Positions 25,537 to 33,780 of a DNA stretch of 36,018 nucleotides are shown in pieces. The notes beneath the pieces were generated by a model. That model did not search any database. It had not been told where the DNA came from and saw nothing but the letters and a program-made list of their open reading frames with translations. Source of the stretch: a virus. Lineage: Duplodnaviria; Caudoviricetes. The stretch covers positions 1 to 36,018 of the IMG/VR virus record IMGVR_UViG_3300020042_006171. The stretch is one strand, 5' to 3'. A program made the translations under genes and the position numbers. Within the stretch, counting starts at the first letter, position 1, and the number at the start of each line of letters is the position of its first letter.

Positions 25537-25566
25537 TTTTCTGAGTTTTAAATTTTTTCTGTTTGA

Positions 25567-25596
25567 CAAATATAATAACTTTTTGAATACTGACAA
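25567..25596 (-). promoter_or_regulatory. Bacteroidota-type promoter (early, class I), inverted twin of 13052-13082
   Basis: On the minus strand: TTG (25596-25594), 19-nt spacer, TATATTTG (25574-25567). Confidence 0.8.
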
Positions 25597-25696
25597 CATA
25601 AATCGAAAAAAAGTTTTACAGAAAAACGTTAAAATTTTAACAGCCCAAACCTAAAAAACGGCTTTTTAGGGCTAAAAGTTGCGAATATCGCAAAAC

Positions 25697-25976
25697 GTAA
25701 ACAAGAATAAACAAGAATAAACAATATCTTGTTTACACGTAAAGCCCCTAAAACAGACGGCTAGACGGTTGCGTAAACAAGATAAACAAGAATATGTATA
25801 AAACAGTCTATAGAAAATACGATATAGAAAATACAATATATTATTTACTACTTGTATATTTTAAAGGGGTTATATGGAAAACGTGTTTATCTTGTTTACG
25901 TTTGGCCTTTTTTGGAGTGTAAACGTAGGCGGGGCGCGGGTTGTAGGCGTAAACAAGAATTTAAAATCTTGTTTAC
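25697..25976. repeat. Iteron cluster (G)TAAACAAGA in both orientations; putative replication origin
   Basis: Forward copies at 25697, 25708, 25718 (variant), 25773, 25783 and 25949; reverse copies at 25727, 25890 and 25967; AT-rich core in between. Confidence 0.75.
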
Positions 25977-25985
25977 CTGTCTTTT

Positions 25986-26017
25986 TTGTGCGTTGAATTG
26001 GATTTTTTGTATATTTG
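25986..26017 (+). promoter_or_regulatory. Promoter for the terminase operon
   Basis: TATATTTG at 26010-26017, TTG 21 nt upstream, A-rich leader to ATG 26042. Confidence 0.65.
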
Positions 26018-26041
26018 CGTTAAACAAAAAACTTTTAAACT

Positions 26042-26113
26042 ATGAATGTTATACGCTTTATCGTGGCGATCGTTACCGCAGTCGTAGCGATATACGCCTT
26101 AACGGTTATCTAA
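26042..26113 (+). CDS. 23-aa hydrophobic micropeptide (not in ORF track)
   Basis: Translates as MNVIRFIVAIVTAVVAIYALTVI. First ATG after the promoter; leader ttttaaactATG resembles that of the 19336 gene. Confidence 0.55.
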   Translation: MNVIRFIVAIVTAVVAIYALTVI

Positions 26114-26120
26114 CGGACCT

Positions 26121-26399
26121 ATGAGAAAAATACTTAATTTTACGCTGGGGATCTTTCTCTACGTGAATTATCGAGCTGCCTACGTTTTACTTGTACATAG
26201 AAACGTGCACAGTTTGCAGCGTTTCGCCTCCCAGACGAACGAGGAGAGAGCTCCGCAGCTTTTCTGGGTGGTATTGTTCGACTTAATGCTGGCGACGATT
26301 CTAGCTTTAGGGCTTTTTTACGCCGTTCTGGCTTTTGTTGGAGTGGCCCTTTTAAATTTAATTTACTTTTTAACTCGAAAATATGTTTTTAAGCGATAA
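26121..26399 (+). CDS. Small multi-pass membrane protein
   Basis: 92 aa with two to three hydrophobic segments and a basic C-terminus. Confidence 0.62.
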   Translation: MRKILNFTLGIFLYVNYRAAYVLLVHRNVHSLQRFASQTNEERAPQLFWVVLFDLMLATILALGLFYAVLAFVGVALLNLIYFLTRKYVFKR

Positions 26400-26631
26400 A
26401 CAGTATAGCGATATTGGTCGCCTAATGGTCGTAGAAATGGACCGAAACCGAAACTTTCGCCGAACCATCGAGGCTTTGCCTTTGGGTGCGTCAGTTATCG
26501 CCGTTATTGAACGGGACGAGACCTTTAAACCGACAAAGACTAACCGCTGGCAGCGTTTCAAAAGCGAAATAGTGAAACGGTACAAAAATAATTTAGAACG
26601 TTTTAGAGTATGGAACCAGCAAGAAATCTAA
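26383..26631 (+). CDS. Hypothetical basic protein
   Basis: 82 aa, overlaps both neighbours. Confidence 0.55.
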   Translation: MFLSDKQYSDIGRLMVVEMDRNRNFRRTIEALPLGASVIAVIERDETFKPTKTNRWQRFKSEIVKRYKNNLERFRVWNQQEI

Positions 26632-27107
26632 AAGCCAAAGAGGCCGCCCAGAACAAAATGGGCCGCCCTCCGATGTTTGAGAGCGCCGAAGCGTTACAGG
26701 CAAGCGTAGACGAGTATTTCCAGTGGGGCGTCAGGACTAAGCCTGTAGTCGTAGGGAAAGGAGACGCACAGAAAGTCGTCGACGTACCTATCCCGACTAT
26801 CTCAGGGCTCTGTTATTTCTTAGGATTTGAGTCTAGGCAGTCGTTTTATGACTATGGAGAGAAACCAGAATTTACTTACACCATAAAACGGGCTCGATTA
26901 TTCATTGAAACCGAGTACGAAATGCAGTTGAACGCAGGGAACACAGTCGGGGCAATTTTCGCGCTTAAGAACATGGGTTGGATCGATAAAATAGCTAACG
27001 ACGTAACGACTAACGGGGAGAGTATTAACACGCCCCCGACCAGTATAGTGTTTAAATCATTTAGCGCAGAGACGCCGAGCGATGTCGGAAGTATCGATAA
27101 GCCATAA
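26610..27107 (+). CDS. terS: Terminase small subunit (P22 gp3-like DNA-packaging protein)
   Basis: GRPP.F.S.E.L...VDEYF, PTISGLC.FLG, SRQSFYDY and GAIFALKN.GW motifs; directly upstream of terL. Confidence 0.88.
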   Translation: MEPARNLKAKEAAQNKMGRPPMFESAEALQASVDEYFQWGVRTKPVVVGKGDAQKVVDVPIPTISGLCYFLGFESRQSFYDYGEKPEFTYTIKRARLFIETEYEMQLNAGNTVGAIFALKNMGWIDKIANDVTTNGESINTPPTSIVFKSFSAETPSDVGSIDKP

Positions 27108-28359
27108 ATACGAGGACCTTTTTAAGCTCCTAGACGATAAAGAGCTGGCCGAAGTCGATACGGTAGTACTTACTGGAGGACGAGCAAGCGGGAAGAGCTA
27201 CAGCGTTTCGATACTGTCAACTCTGGCGCTGGTTAGTTACGGCTGGCGTACTTTGTACTCGCGATTCACTAATACGTCGATAGGCGACTCGATTAAAGAG
27301 GAGGTCGATAATAAAATCGAGCTTTTCGGATACGAGAACCTAGTAGAGGATAGCCAGTACAGCATAAAAGCCAAAACAGGTAGCGCAAAAATAGCGTTTA
27401 AAGGTATAAAAACAGGATCCAAGGGACAGACCGCAAACCTAAAAAGTTTGTCGGGTTTTAACTGTTTTATAGTGGACGAAGCGGAAGAGATACCGAGCTT
27501 TGAGACGTTTAAAAAAGTGTATTTTTCCATTCGATCAGTAGACCGCCGAAATATTTCTATCCTAATTTTAAACCCTGTAACCAAAAGGCATTGGATTTTT
27601 AAAGTATTTTTTAAAGCTCGCCAAGTTCCCGAGGGGTTCTGCGGCGTTAAAGGAAACGTCCTATACATACACACGTCGTATTTGGACGTAGACCCGCGAT
27701 ACATTCCCGAAAACATTCGAAAGGAGTACGAGAGGATGAAAATAGAGGACCCCGCAGAGTATAAAAGTATCGTACTAGGCGGCTGGAAAAATGAAGCGGA
27801 GGGGGTTATCTTCAAAGACTCAGATCTTAAACGCTTCAAACTGGAGGATATAAAAGACGCCGAGAACGTGGTCGGGAATATTGCTTTTATAGACGTTGCC
27901 GATACGGGTAGCGACTTCCACGCGGTCCCAGTGGGTCGAATAATTGGAAACGATATATTTATAATCGATGTACTTTTTACGCCTTTAGGTACCGACGTAA
28001 ACGTGGACCTTTCGGCCGAAATACTTAACAGGCACGCGCCCGAATTTGTTCGAATAGAGTCGAATTTCGGCGGTGGAATGTATCGCCAGCTTTTAAGTCC
28101 AAAGGTTAACGACGTTACTACGCTCCTACCGATTAGAGCTACAGCCAACAAACACAGCCGAATAATACAGCTCTCAGGCTTCATAAAAAAGCACGTACAT
28201 TTTAGAGACGACTACGAAATAGGCAGCGACTACGATAAGTTTATCGACAATATGCTAGAATATACCGCAGACGGTAAGGCAGAACACGACGACGCTCCCG
28301 ACAGTATCGAGGGCCTCGCTTCTATGGCGCGGAGTTTTCACTCGTCTTTGTGGTCGTAG
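27082..28359 (+). CDS. terL: Terminase large subunit (PBSX-type)
   Basis: Walker A GGRASGKS, Walker B IVDEAEE, LNP coupling motif, nuclease motifs DVA, IESN and HDDAPD. Confidence 0.95.
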   Translation: MSEVSISHKYEDLFKLLDDKELAEVDTVVLTGGRASGKSYSVSILSTLALVSYGWRTLYSRFTNTSIGDSIKEEVDNKIELFGYENLVEDSQYSIKAKTGSAKIAFKGIKTGSKGQTANLKSLSGFNCFIVDEAEEIPSFETFKKVYFSIRSVDRRNISILILNPVTKRHWIFKVFFKARQVPEGFCGVKGNVLYIHTSYLDVDPRYIPENIRKEYERMKIEDPAEYKSIVLGGWKNEAEGVIFKDSDLKRFKLEDIKDAENVVGNIAFIDVADTGSDFHAVPVGRIIGNDIFIIDVLFTPLGTDVNVDLSAEILNRHAPEFVRIESNFGGGMYRQLLSPKVNDVTTLLPIRATANKHSRIIQLSGFIKKHVHFRDDYEIGSDYDKFIDNMLEYTADGKAEHDDAPDSIEGLASMARSFHSSLWS

Positions 28360-29785
28360 TTACTAAGGCCTCAGCTACCCCCGTCTCGTATCCGTAGTAA
28401 TTTACTAGAGTACTAACCGCAGTAGCTCGGTCCATTTGTCCCGAAGATACCGCAGCGTTTAACGAGATAATACCGTCCAAACCTCCCACCGTACCGCGTA
28501 GCTGCGTCTGAGCCTGAGCTAGGCCGCTAAGCTGAGCGCTTTTAGGATCCACTGGAATAAGTTCGACCCCTATAGCTTCGGCGTATTGCTCGTCGGTAAT
28601 TATACCGTCGTGCGATGCGATACTAAGCGCTTCGGCTTGCGCCTTAGACGTTTCGGCCTTCTCTTTTAGGTTTTCCTGTAGCGCTGGGATATGGGAGTAG
28701 TCTAACTCTAACCACTCGCCACGCTCTTTGAGTTTGAATAATTCGGTACGATTAAGGGCCAGCTCTTCGGCCTCTGGAATGATTGTACTCTGGTAGGCTT
28801 GTTTCATTCCCTCGCTAAGGTTCTCGAAAGTGGCACCTTTTGAGCGGCTAAATAGGTTCGCGTTCATTCCGTAGTTGTCAATGATCGCCAGAAAGTCGTC
28901 GTCTATCTCTTCGAATAGCATTAAGTCTTTTGTCGGGAAAGTCATCGCCTGCCAAGAAAGCGCGGCGCTAGTCATTATAGTGTTAATTTGTCCGTCCTCT
29001 ATTCCGTAGAGTCTTTGGTACTCAGCGTTAAGGCGGATACGTTCTTTATCTTCTAAGGGGATACCTCCTGAGGCGTCCTTGGCGTTACTCGATAAGATAC
29101 CGAGGGCACCCTTTTTGTTTATCAATACATTTCTAAAGCCGTACGCTCCTCGGATATTTGAGATAGGCATAAAGAGCGGGACCATAGGAGACTCTCCCTT
29201 TATCGCGTTTTTACCATTCACGACTCGAGAGTGATTTATTTCTGAGGGTTCGAATAGGTCCTCGTCTACTCCAGAGACTAGTCTATACTGTTTGATTATA
29301 TCTTCAATTTTTGTTTGTTTCCAGACCTTGCCCGTTACGTCTATTTGAATTTGTGCGGGCGGTAGGTTGTTAAGGACCGACGGCAAAGCGCTAGAAAATG
29401 CGCGCATAACATACTCGTAGTTATTACCAAAAACACATTTATTTTCGTTCCACTGTCTTATCAAGTCGTTGCCCTTCATTAAAGGATTAGGATTTTCTAG
29501 CAAATTTACTATTTCACTGTCTAGGATCTCCTCCACTTTATCGCCTACTCGCTTATAGTGTTTCCACTTCCCAGACGCTAAAAGATAGCCTCTTCGCTGG
29601 ATAACCGCGTAAAGTTGCGGCGTAGTTATATACACGTTATACGCGTCCCACTCGTCAGGACTCAGGAACTCGGGCCGCCCCGTTAGAACTTGGGAGGATT
29701 TCGACAGGTTGGGCGTCTTTTTGTAGTCGTTAGAACCTCCAAAAAAACTTTGAATTGATTGAGCTAAAGGGTGAAAAAAATTCAT
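28322..29785 (-). CDS. Portal protein (HK97-type), inverted relative to neighbours
   Basis: LLENPNP.M, FGN.Y, LPP..I, GESP, GILS and TFEN...YQSTIIP motifs; 487 aa. Confidence 0.9.
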   Translation of the reverse strand: MNFFHPLAQSIQSFFGGSNDYKKTPNLSKSSQVLTGRPEFLSPDEWDAYNVYITTPQLYAVIQRRGYLLASGKWKHYKRVGDKVEEILDSEIVNLLENPNPLMKGNDLIRQWNENKCVFGNNYEYVMRAFSSALPSVLNNLPPAQIQIDVTGKVWKQTKIEDIIKQYRLVSGVDEDLFEPSEINHSRVVNGKNAIKGESPMVPLFMPISNIRGAYGFRNVLINKKGALGILSSNAKDASGGIPLEDKERIRLNAEYQRLYGIEDGQINTIMTSAALSWQAMTFPTKDLMLFEEIDDDFLAIIDNYGMNANLFSRSKGATFENLSEGMKQAYQSTIIPEAEELALNRTELFKLKERGEWLELDYSHIPALQENLKEKAETSKAQAEALSIASHDGIITDEQYAEAIGVELIPVDPKSAQLSGLAQAQTQLRGTVGGLDGIISLNAAVSSGQMDRATAVSTLVNYYGYETGVAEALVTTTTKTSENSAP

Positions 29786-29805
29786 ATTTTAAAAATTTTA
29801 TTTAA

Positions 29806-29841
29806 CAAATATAGTTTATTTAGTATTAAATCGTAGATTTG
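29806..29841. promoter_or_regulatory. Back-to-back divergent -7 boxes for portal (-) and head operon (+)
   Basis: CAAATATA at 29806-29813 (TATATTTG on minus) and TAGATTTG at 29834-29841 (+), 20 nt apart. Confidence 0.62.
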
Positions 29842-29865
29842 TATCTAATGTATTTATTTTTTGGC

Positions 29866-29961
29866 ATGAAAAAACCCGTTAAAATTGACGCCGACGCAGT
29901 TAAAAAGCTACAAGCGGACAAGGTTAAAGCCCTTAAAAACAACGAAATAGTTAAAAAATGA
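29866..29961 (+). CDS. 31-aa Lys-rich peptide coupled to the prohead protease (not in ORF track)
   Basis: Translates as MKKPVKIDADAVKKLQADKVKALKNNEIVKK; ATGA overlap with 29958. Confidence 0.6.
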   Translation: MKKPVKIDADAVKKLQADKVKALKNNEIVKK

Positions 29962-30797
29962 CAATAGAGGAAGTTTATAAGAATAGGGATTTGATTATCG
30001 CTAAGAAAAAAAACGCTATTAAGCACGCCGATATAGTTCTTAGCCCTGTTCTTAAAGCTGAGGTCCCGACTGAGGGCGCAGTATTTAAAGCTGGCGTAGA
30101 CGTTACGGCCGAAGATCCTACAATTTTACGGGCTAAATTAGTTATTAACACGACTAATTTAATAGACTCGCATATGGATTGCCATATCCCGAACCTGTGG
30201 ACCAAGACTTTAAAAGAAACTAAGCAGCTCTTTTTATTGCAAGAGCACGAAATGGATTTCGAGAATATTATCGCAGACTCGCAAGTCGACGAACTCAAAG
30301 CATACGTCCAAGGCATGAGCTTTAAATCTCTAGGCTTTAAATATGAGGGAGAGACCGAGGCGCTAGTCTTCGACGTGCAAATTAAGAAAGACGTTAACGA
30401 GTATATGTTCGACCTATACAAAAGGGGCCGCGTTACGCAGCACTCAGTAGGTATGCGCTATTTGAAAATATTTTTATGTATTAATTCAGACGAGCCGAAC
30501 TATTCAAGTGAAAAAACGAACTGGAATAAATACTATAAGGAGGTCGCTAACAAAGAAGTAGCGGACTTAAAAGGGTTTTTCTGGGCCGTTACAGAGGCGC
30601 AAGTAGTCGAAGGGTCCGCAGTAGTGCGAGGCTCTAACGAGTGTACCCCAGTTATGGAGATCGAAATAGAAAAAGAAAATGCGGGAGCCGTTCCAAACAC
30701 TCCTACAGCCGAGCCGTCTAAAGACACTCAAACAAACACAGACGCGCAGGACGCACAAAAACAATTTTATTTAAATTTATTAAAAAATCAAAAATGA
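29958..30797 (+). CDS. Prohead maturation protease (HK97-like)
   Basis: IDSH.D, LLQEH, HSVGMRY and EGSAV..GSN motifs; directly upstream of the capsid gene. Confidence 0.78.
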   Translation: MTIEEVYKNRDLIIAKKKNAIKHADIVLSPVLKAEVPTEGAVFKAGVDVTAEDPTILRAKLVINTTNLIDSHMDCHIPNLWTKTLKETKQLFLLQEHEMDFENIIADSQVDELKAYVQGMSFKSLGFKYEGETEALVFDVQIKKDVNEYMFDLYKRGRVTQHSVGMRYLKIFLCINSDEPNYSSEKTNWNKYYKEVANKEVADLKGFFWAVTEAQVVEGSAVVRGSNECTPVMEIEIEKENAGAVPNTPTAEPSKDTQTNTDAQDAQKQFYLNLLKNQK

Positions 30798-32071
30798 ACA
30801 AAACACTAGCGGCGTTCCTTTTGTTAAAGGGAATCAGTGAGGCGGACTTCGCCACAAAAACAGCCGAGGAAATGGCAGGCTTATACAATGAGTATAACGC
30901 AGAACAACAAAAAGAGCTTAACGCTTTAATCGATGGGAAAGCTAATAAGGCGGATATCGATAGCGCAGTTAACGCTTTGAGAGACTCCCAAATGGAGCAA
31001 ATGAAAAATCTTAACGAAGCACTTAAAGAAATCGGTTTATCGATTAAAGCAAGCACGGAAGGGACAAGAACGCCAAGCACAGCAAAGACTTTGCGCGAAG
31101 TATTGGACGCTAAAAAGGAGCAAATCGCGGCCTTAAAGTCTGGTAGTAAAGAGGGTATCGAGTTCGAGATTAAGACAGTAGGCACTATGTTAGAGTCGAC
31201 TAATATCTCAGGCGGAAACGTACCAGTAGAGCAAAGAATCGCAGGCCTTAACGTTATAGCGTCTCGTCGTGTTCGTTTAATGGACCTAGTAAGCGCTGGC
31301 TCGGCGACGTCTAACTTAATTTCTTGGGTTTATCAGTCAGGAAAAGAGGGAGCAGCAGGAGGAACCGCAGAGGGCGATACTAAGAACCAAATCGACTTTA
31401 ACTTGGTCGTAGCTTCTCAGGCAGTCGTTAAGCGCTCGGCTTTCATTAAAGTATCTACCGAAATGTTAGACGATATCGACTTTATCGAGTCAGAAATCCG
31501 TAACGAATTAATGAGAGAATTAATGAAGGACGTAGAGCTTACAGCTTATTCTGGAAACGGTACGGCCCCAGCGATGAACGGAGTTTATACTACAGCGACA
31601 ACTTTCGCGGCGGGTACTTTTGCACTTACAGTTGATAACGCAAACAACGCGGACGTCTTAGTAGTAGCATTGAACCAGATTAAAATCGCAGAACAGGACG
31701 CAGCTAACGCTATTTTGATGCACCCGAGCGACGTAGCGGCTTTAATGTTAATCAAAGTTAGTGCTACAGATAAGCGATATATCGATCGTTTGCAGTTTAT
31801 CGCAGGGCAAATGTCTTTAGACGGCGTTCCAATTATCGAGACTACTCTAGTAACGGCTGGCACTTTCTTAGTTGGAAACTTCCCGCTAGCTACTTTGTAC
31901 ACTAAAGGAACAATTAATATAACTATCGGACTGGACGGAAACGATTATACTAAGAATTTACGCACGATTTTAGCTGAGTTCCGCGGTTGTATGGTAACTA
32001 AAAACAACGACCGCACGGCGTTTGTTAAAGGTACTTTCGCAACTTGCGTCGCAGCTTTAGAAACGGCATAA
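30794..32071 (+). CDS. Major capsid protein (HK97 fold with N-terminal coiled-coil delta domain)
   Basis: AEG..K, VSTEMLDD, GNG, ILMHPSD, GVPII, LVGNF and ILAEFR motifs; followed by a hairpin. Confidence 0.93.
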   Translation: MNKTLAAFLLLKGISEADFATKTAEEMAGLYNEYNAEQQKELNALIDGKANKADIDSAVNALRDSQMEQMKNLNEALKEIGLSIKASTEGTRTPSTAKTLREVLDAKKEQIAALKSGSKEGIEFEIKTVGTMLESTNISGGNVPVEQRIAGLNVIASRRVRLMDLVSAGSATSNLISWVYQSGKEGAAGGTAEGDTKNQIDFNLVVASQAVVKRSAFIKVSTEMLDDIDFIESEIRNELMRELMKDVELTAYSGNGTAPAMNGVYTTATTFAAGTFALTVDNANNADVLVVALNQIKIAEQDAANAILMHPSDVAALMLIKVSATDKRYIDRLQFIAGQMSLDGVPIIETTLVTAGTFLVGNFPLATLYTKGTINITIGLDGNDYTKNLRTILAEFRGCMVTKNNDRTAFVKGTFATCVAALETA

Positions 32072-32081
32072 CATTAGAGCG

Positions 32082-32107
32082 GGCGGCTCTTCTCTAGGAG
32101 GGCCGCC
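32082..32107 (+). terminator. Hairpin after the capsid gene (leaky terminator or mRNA stabiliser)
   Basis: GGCGGCTCTTC-tcta-GGAGGGCCGCC, 11-bp stem with 2 G-U pairs; weak U tract. Confidence 0.6.
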
Positions 32108-32130
32108 TTATCTATAAAAAACTGGAAACC

Positions 32131-32553
32131 ATGAGTACAACAGAGAGAGGCAGCGGCGGAAAATTCGCTAAAAAGATCGCAGACGTTAAGGAAAATATCG
32201 AGGACGTTATCGACGAGGTTATCGGAAGCGTAAAAGAGAACGTTAAAGACGTTATCGAGGACGCTAAAGAAAGCGTAAAAGAAAACGCTCAGGACGTTAT
32301 CGAGGGAGACGGAAGTCTTAAAGAGAACGCTAAAGAGGTAATCGAGGACGTAAAAGACAGCGTAAAAGAGAACGTTAAAGACGTTATCGAGGACGTAGTT
32401 AAGGCCGTAAAATCGAAGTTTAAGCACTCCGAAGAGTACGAAATCGAGGGGACAGGAACGTCTAAGCACTTGAAAAAAGGATCTAAGCACCGCGTAGGCG
32501 GTTCGCTTGCTGAAATATTGGTAAATGCTGGAAAGGCTAAACTGGTGAAATAA
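32131..32553 (+). CDS. Capsid-adjacent protein with five amphipathic 14-15-aa repeats
   Basis: VKEN..DVIED...S repeated five times, plus a small C-terminal G....V...LAE.LV.AG.A domain. Confidence 0.7.
   Translation: MSTTERGSGGKFAKKIADVKENIEDVIDEVIGSVKENVKDVIEDAKESVKENAQDVIEGDGSLKENAKEVIEDVKDSVKENVKDVIEDVVKAVKSKFKHSEEYEIEGTGTSKHLKKGSKHRVGGSLAEILVNAGKAKLVK
32185..32406 (+). repeat. Coding tandem repeat, about 45 bp x 5
   Basis: Units start at 32185, 32230, 32275, 32317 and 32362; units 2 and 5 share a 37-nt identical stretch. Confidence 0.88.
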
Positions 32554-33047
32554 TGAGTATATTAACATTAGGAACGTTTGAGACGGGCAAATACACGCTA
32601 ACAGTTACGCAGTTCAACGCTGCGGATATTCAAGCGTGCATAGACCGATACGAGGGCCGCACAATGGCCGAGCTTTTCGGCGTAGAGCTTTTGGCTCTTT
32701 ACACGGCTGGAGTTACGGCAAATGATCCTATTTATACTTTTTTGCGAGACGCTTTTACTGTAGAGATTAATAGGTGGTTGATCGTTTCTACTGGAGTGGT
32801 AGATATGTTAGCGGGGATAGTTTGGGCAGAGTTCCAGAGAGATATCTATACACAGCCGACGAGCTTCGGCCAAGTGAAAAGCAAAGGGGAAAACTCCGAG
32901 GGGGCAACGTTTAACGCGAGTTCCTACCAGTCTAAAAGAATGGAAGCGGAGGAGACCTTTAGGGCTATTCAAACGTACATAGAGGACAACTTGGACGTAT
33001 ATCCAACTTATAACGGAGTACCGAAACGCCCTATACTACCGTTTTGA
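32553..33047 (+). CDS. Putative head-tail adaptor
   Basis: 164 aa, helical, in the usual adaptor position after the capsid gene; TAATG-coupled. Confidence 0.6.
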   Translation: MSILTLGTFETGKYTLTVTQFNAADIQACIDRYEGRTMAELFGVELLALYTAGVTANDPIYTFLRDAFTVEINRWLIVSTGVVDMLAGIVWAEFQRDIYTQPTSFGQVKSKGENSEGATFNASSYQSKRMEAEETFRAIQTYIEDNLDVYPTYNGVPKRPILPF

Positions 33048-33757
33048 CAGATATCTACTACATAGTGCGCGACGAGGTAGTCGCAAAGTTAGACAGGAGC
33101 CTAGTAGTCGAATCGGTAACTATTGGAGCCTCTACGGCGGTCGCACTTTGCGGCGGTCCGAAGTGGGCCCGAGAGTCTAAAACTGTAACGGACGCAAACG
33201 ACGAAGTTTTTACTATCGTTTCAGTTGACTACGATACAAATACGCTTTATCTGGCTAACGTTTTGGACGAGTTCGAGGATCCAATAACGCCAGTAGGTCC
33301 CTTAATTTTGGAACTACCTACTTTCTTTATCGGTACGCCGTTAAGAACTAACACGGAATGGCGAGACTTTTCGAGTAACGAAATGAATAAAACGCCTTTT
33401 GTGTGGATGCTGGAACCGACAAGCGAAGAGATACAAGGCTTTAAATCTTCTATTGAACGCCTGAGCGATATACATCTGGTACTATTGGACTCAAACAACT
33501 CTAAAAAGTGGTTAACGGGCGACGTACACGACAACAGGCTGCAACCCCTCTACAATTTAGCGGAGGAGATACGCAAAGCGATTGCCTTAAATGTTGCCTA
33601 TTTTGATAACTCAGCCGAGACCGTAAAAATTAAAAATTTTACTCGCTTCGGAAGTGAGAGCGCGCAGGGCTTTGACGCTAATATAATCGAGGCCGACCTA
33701 GCAGGGGTAGAAATGCGCTTTTCCCTGTCAGTAATAAAACAAGCGTGCAAATGTTAA
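33044..33757 (+). CDS. Putative tail terminator/neck protein
   Basis: 237 aa immediately upstream of the major tail protein; C-terminal P.VW..E...GVE.RF pattern. Confidence 0.52.
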   Translation: MTDIYYIVRDEVVAKLDRSLVVESVTIGASTAVALCGGPKWARESKTVTDANDEVFTIVSVDYDTNTLYLANVLDEFEDPITPVGPLILELPTFFIGTPLRTNTEWRDFSSNEMNKTPFVWMLEPTSEEIQGFKSSIERLSDIHLVLLDSNNSKKWLTGDVHDNRLQPLYNLAEEIRKAIALNVAYFDNSAETVKIKNFTRFGSESAQGFDANIIEADLAGVEMRFSLSVIKQACKC

Positions 33758-33780
33758 ACAATTTTAAATTTATATAAATC

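Noticed and set aside
25697-25976. Iteron cluster as a mini-CRISPR array
   Set aside because: Units are only 9-10 bp, occur in both orientations and have irregular spacing.
25852-26124. 90-aa ORF from the track
   Set aside because: It runs through iterons and a promoter, starts at TTG and has an unprotein-like composition; a 23-aa ORF with a proper leader fits better.
27237-28184. 315-aa antisense ORF inside terL
   Set aside because: No recognisable motif and it mirrors terL codon for codon; scarcity of TCA lowers antisense stop frequency. It does lie downstream of the portal on the same strand, so ribosome profiling would settle it.
32074-32568. 164-aa antisense ORF with hydrophobic repeats
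   Set aside because: It is the mirror of the plus-strand repeat gene, which is coupled to its neighbour in the head operon.
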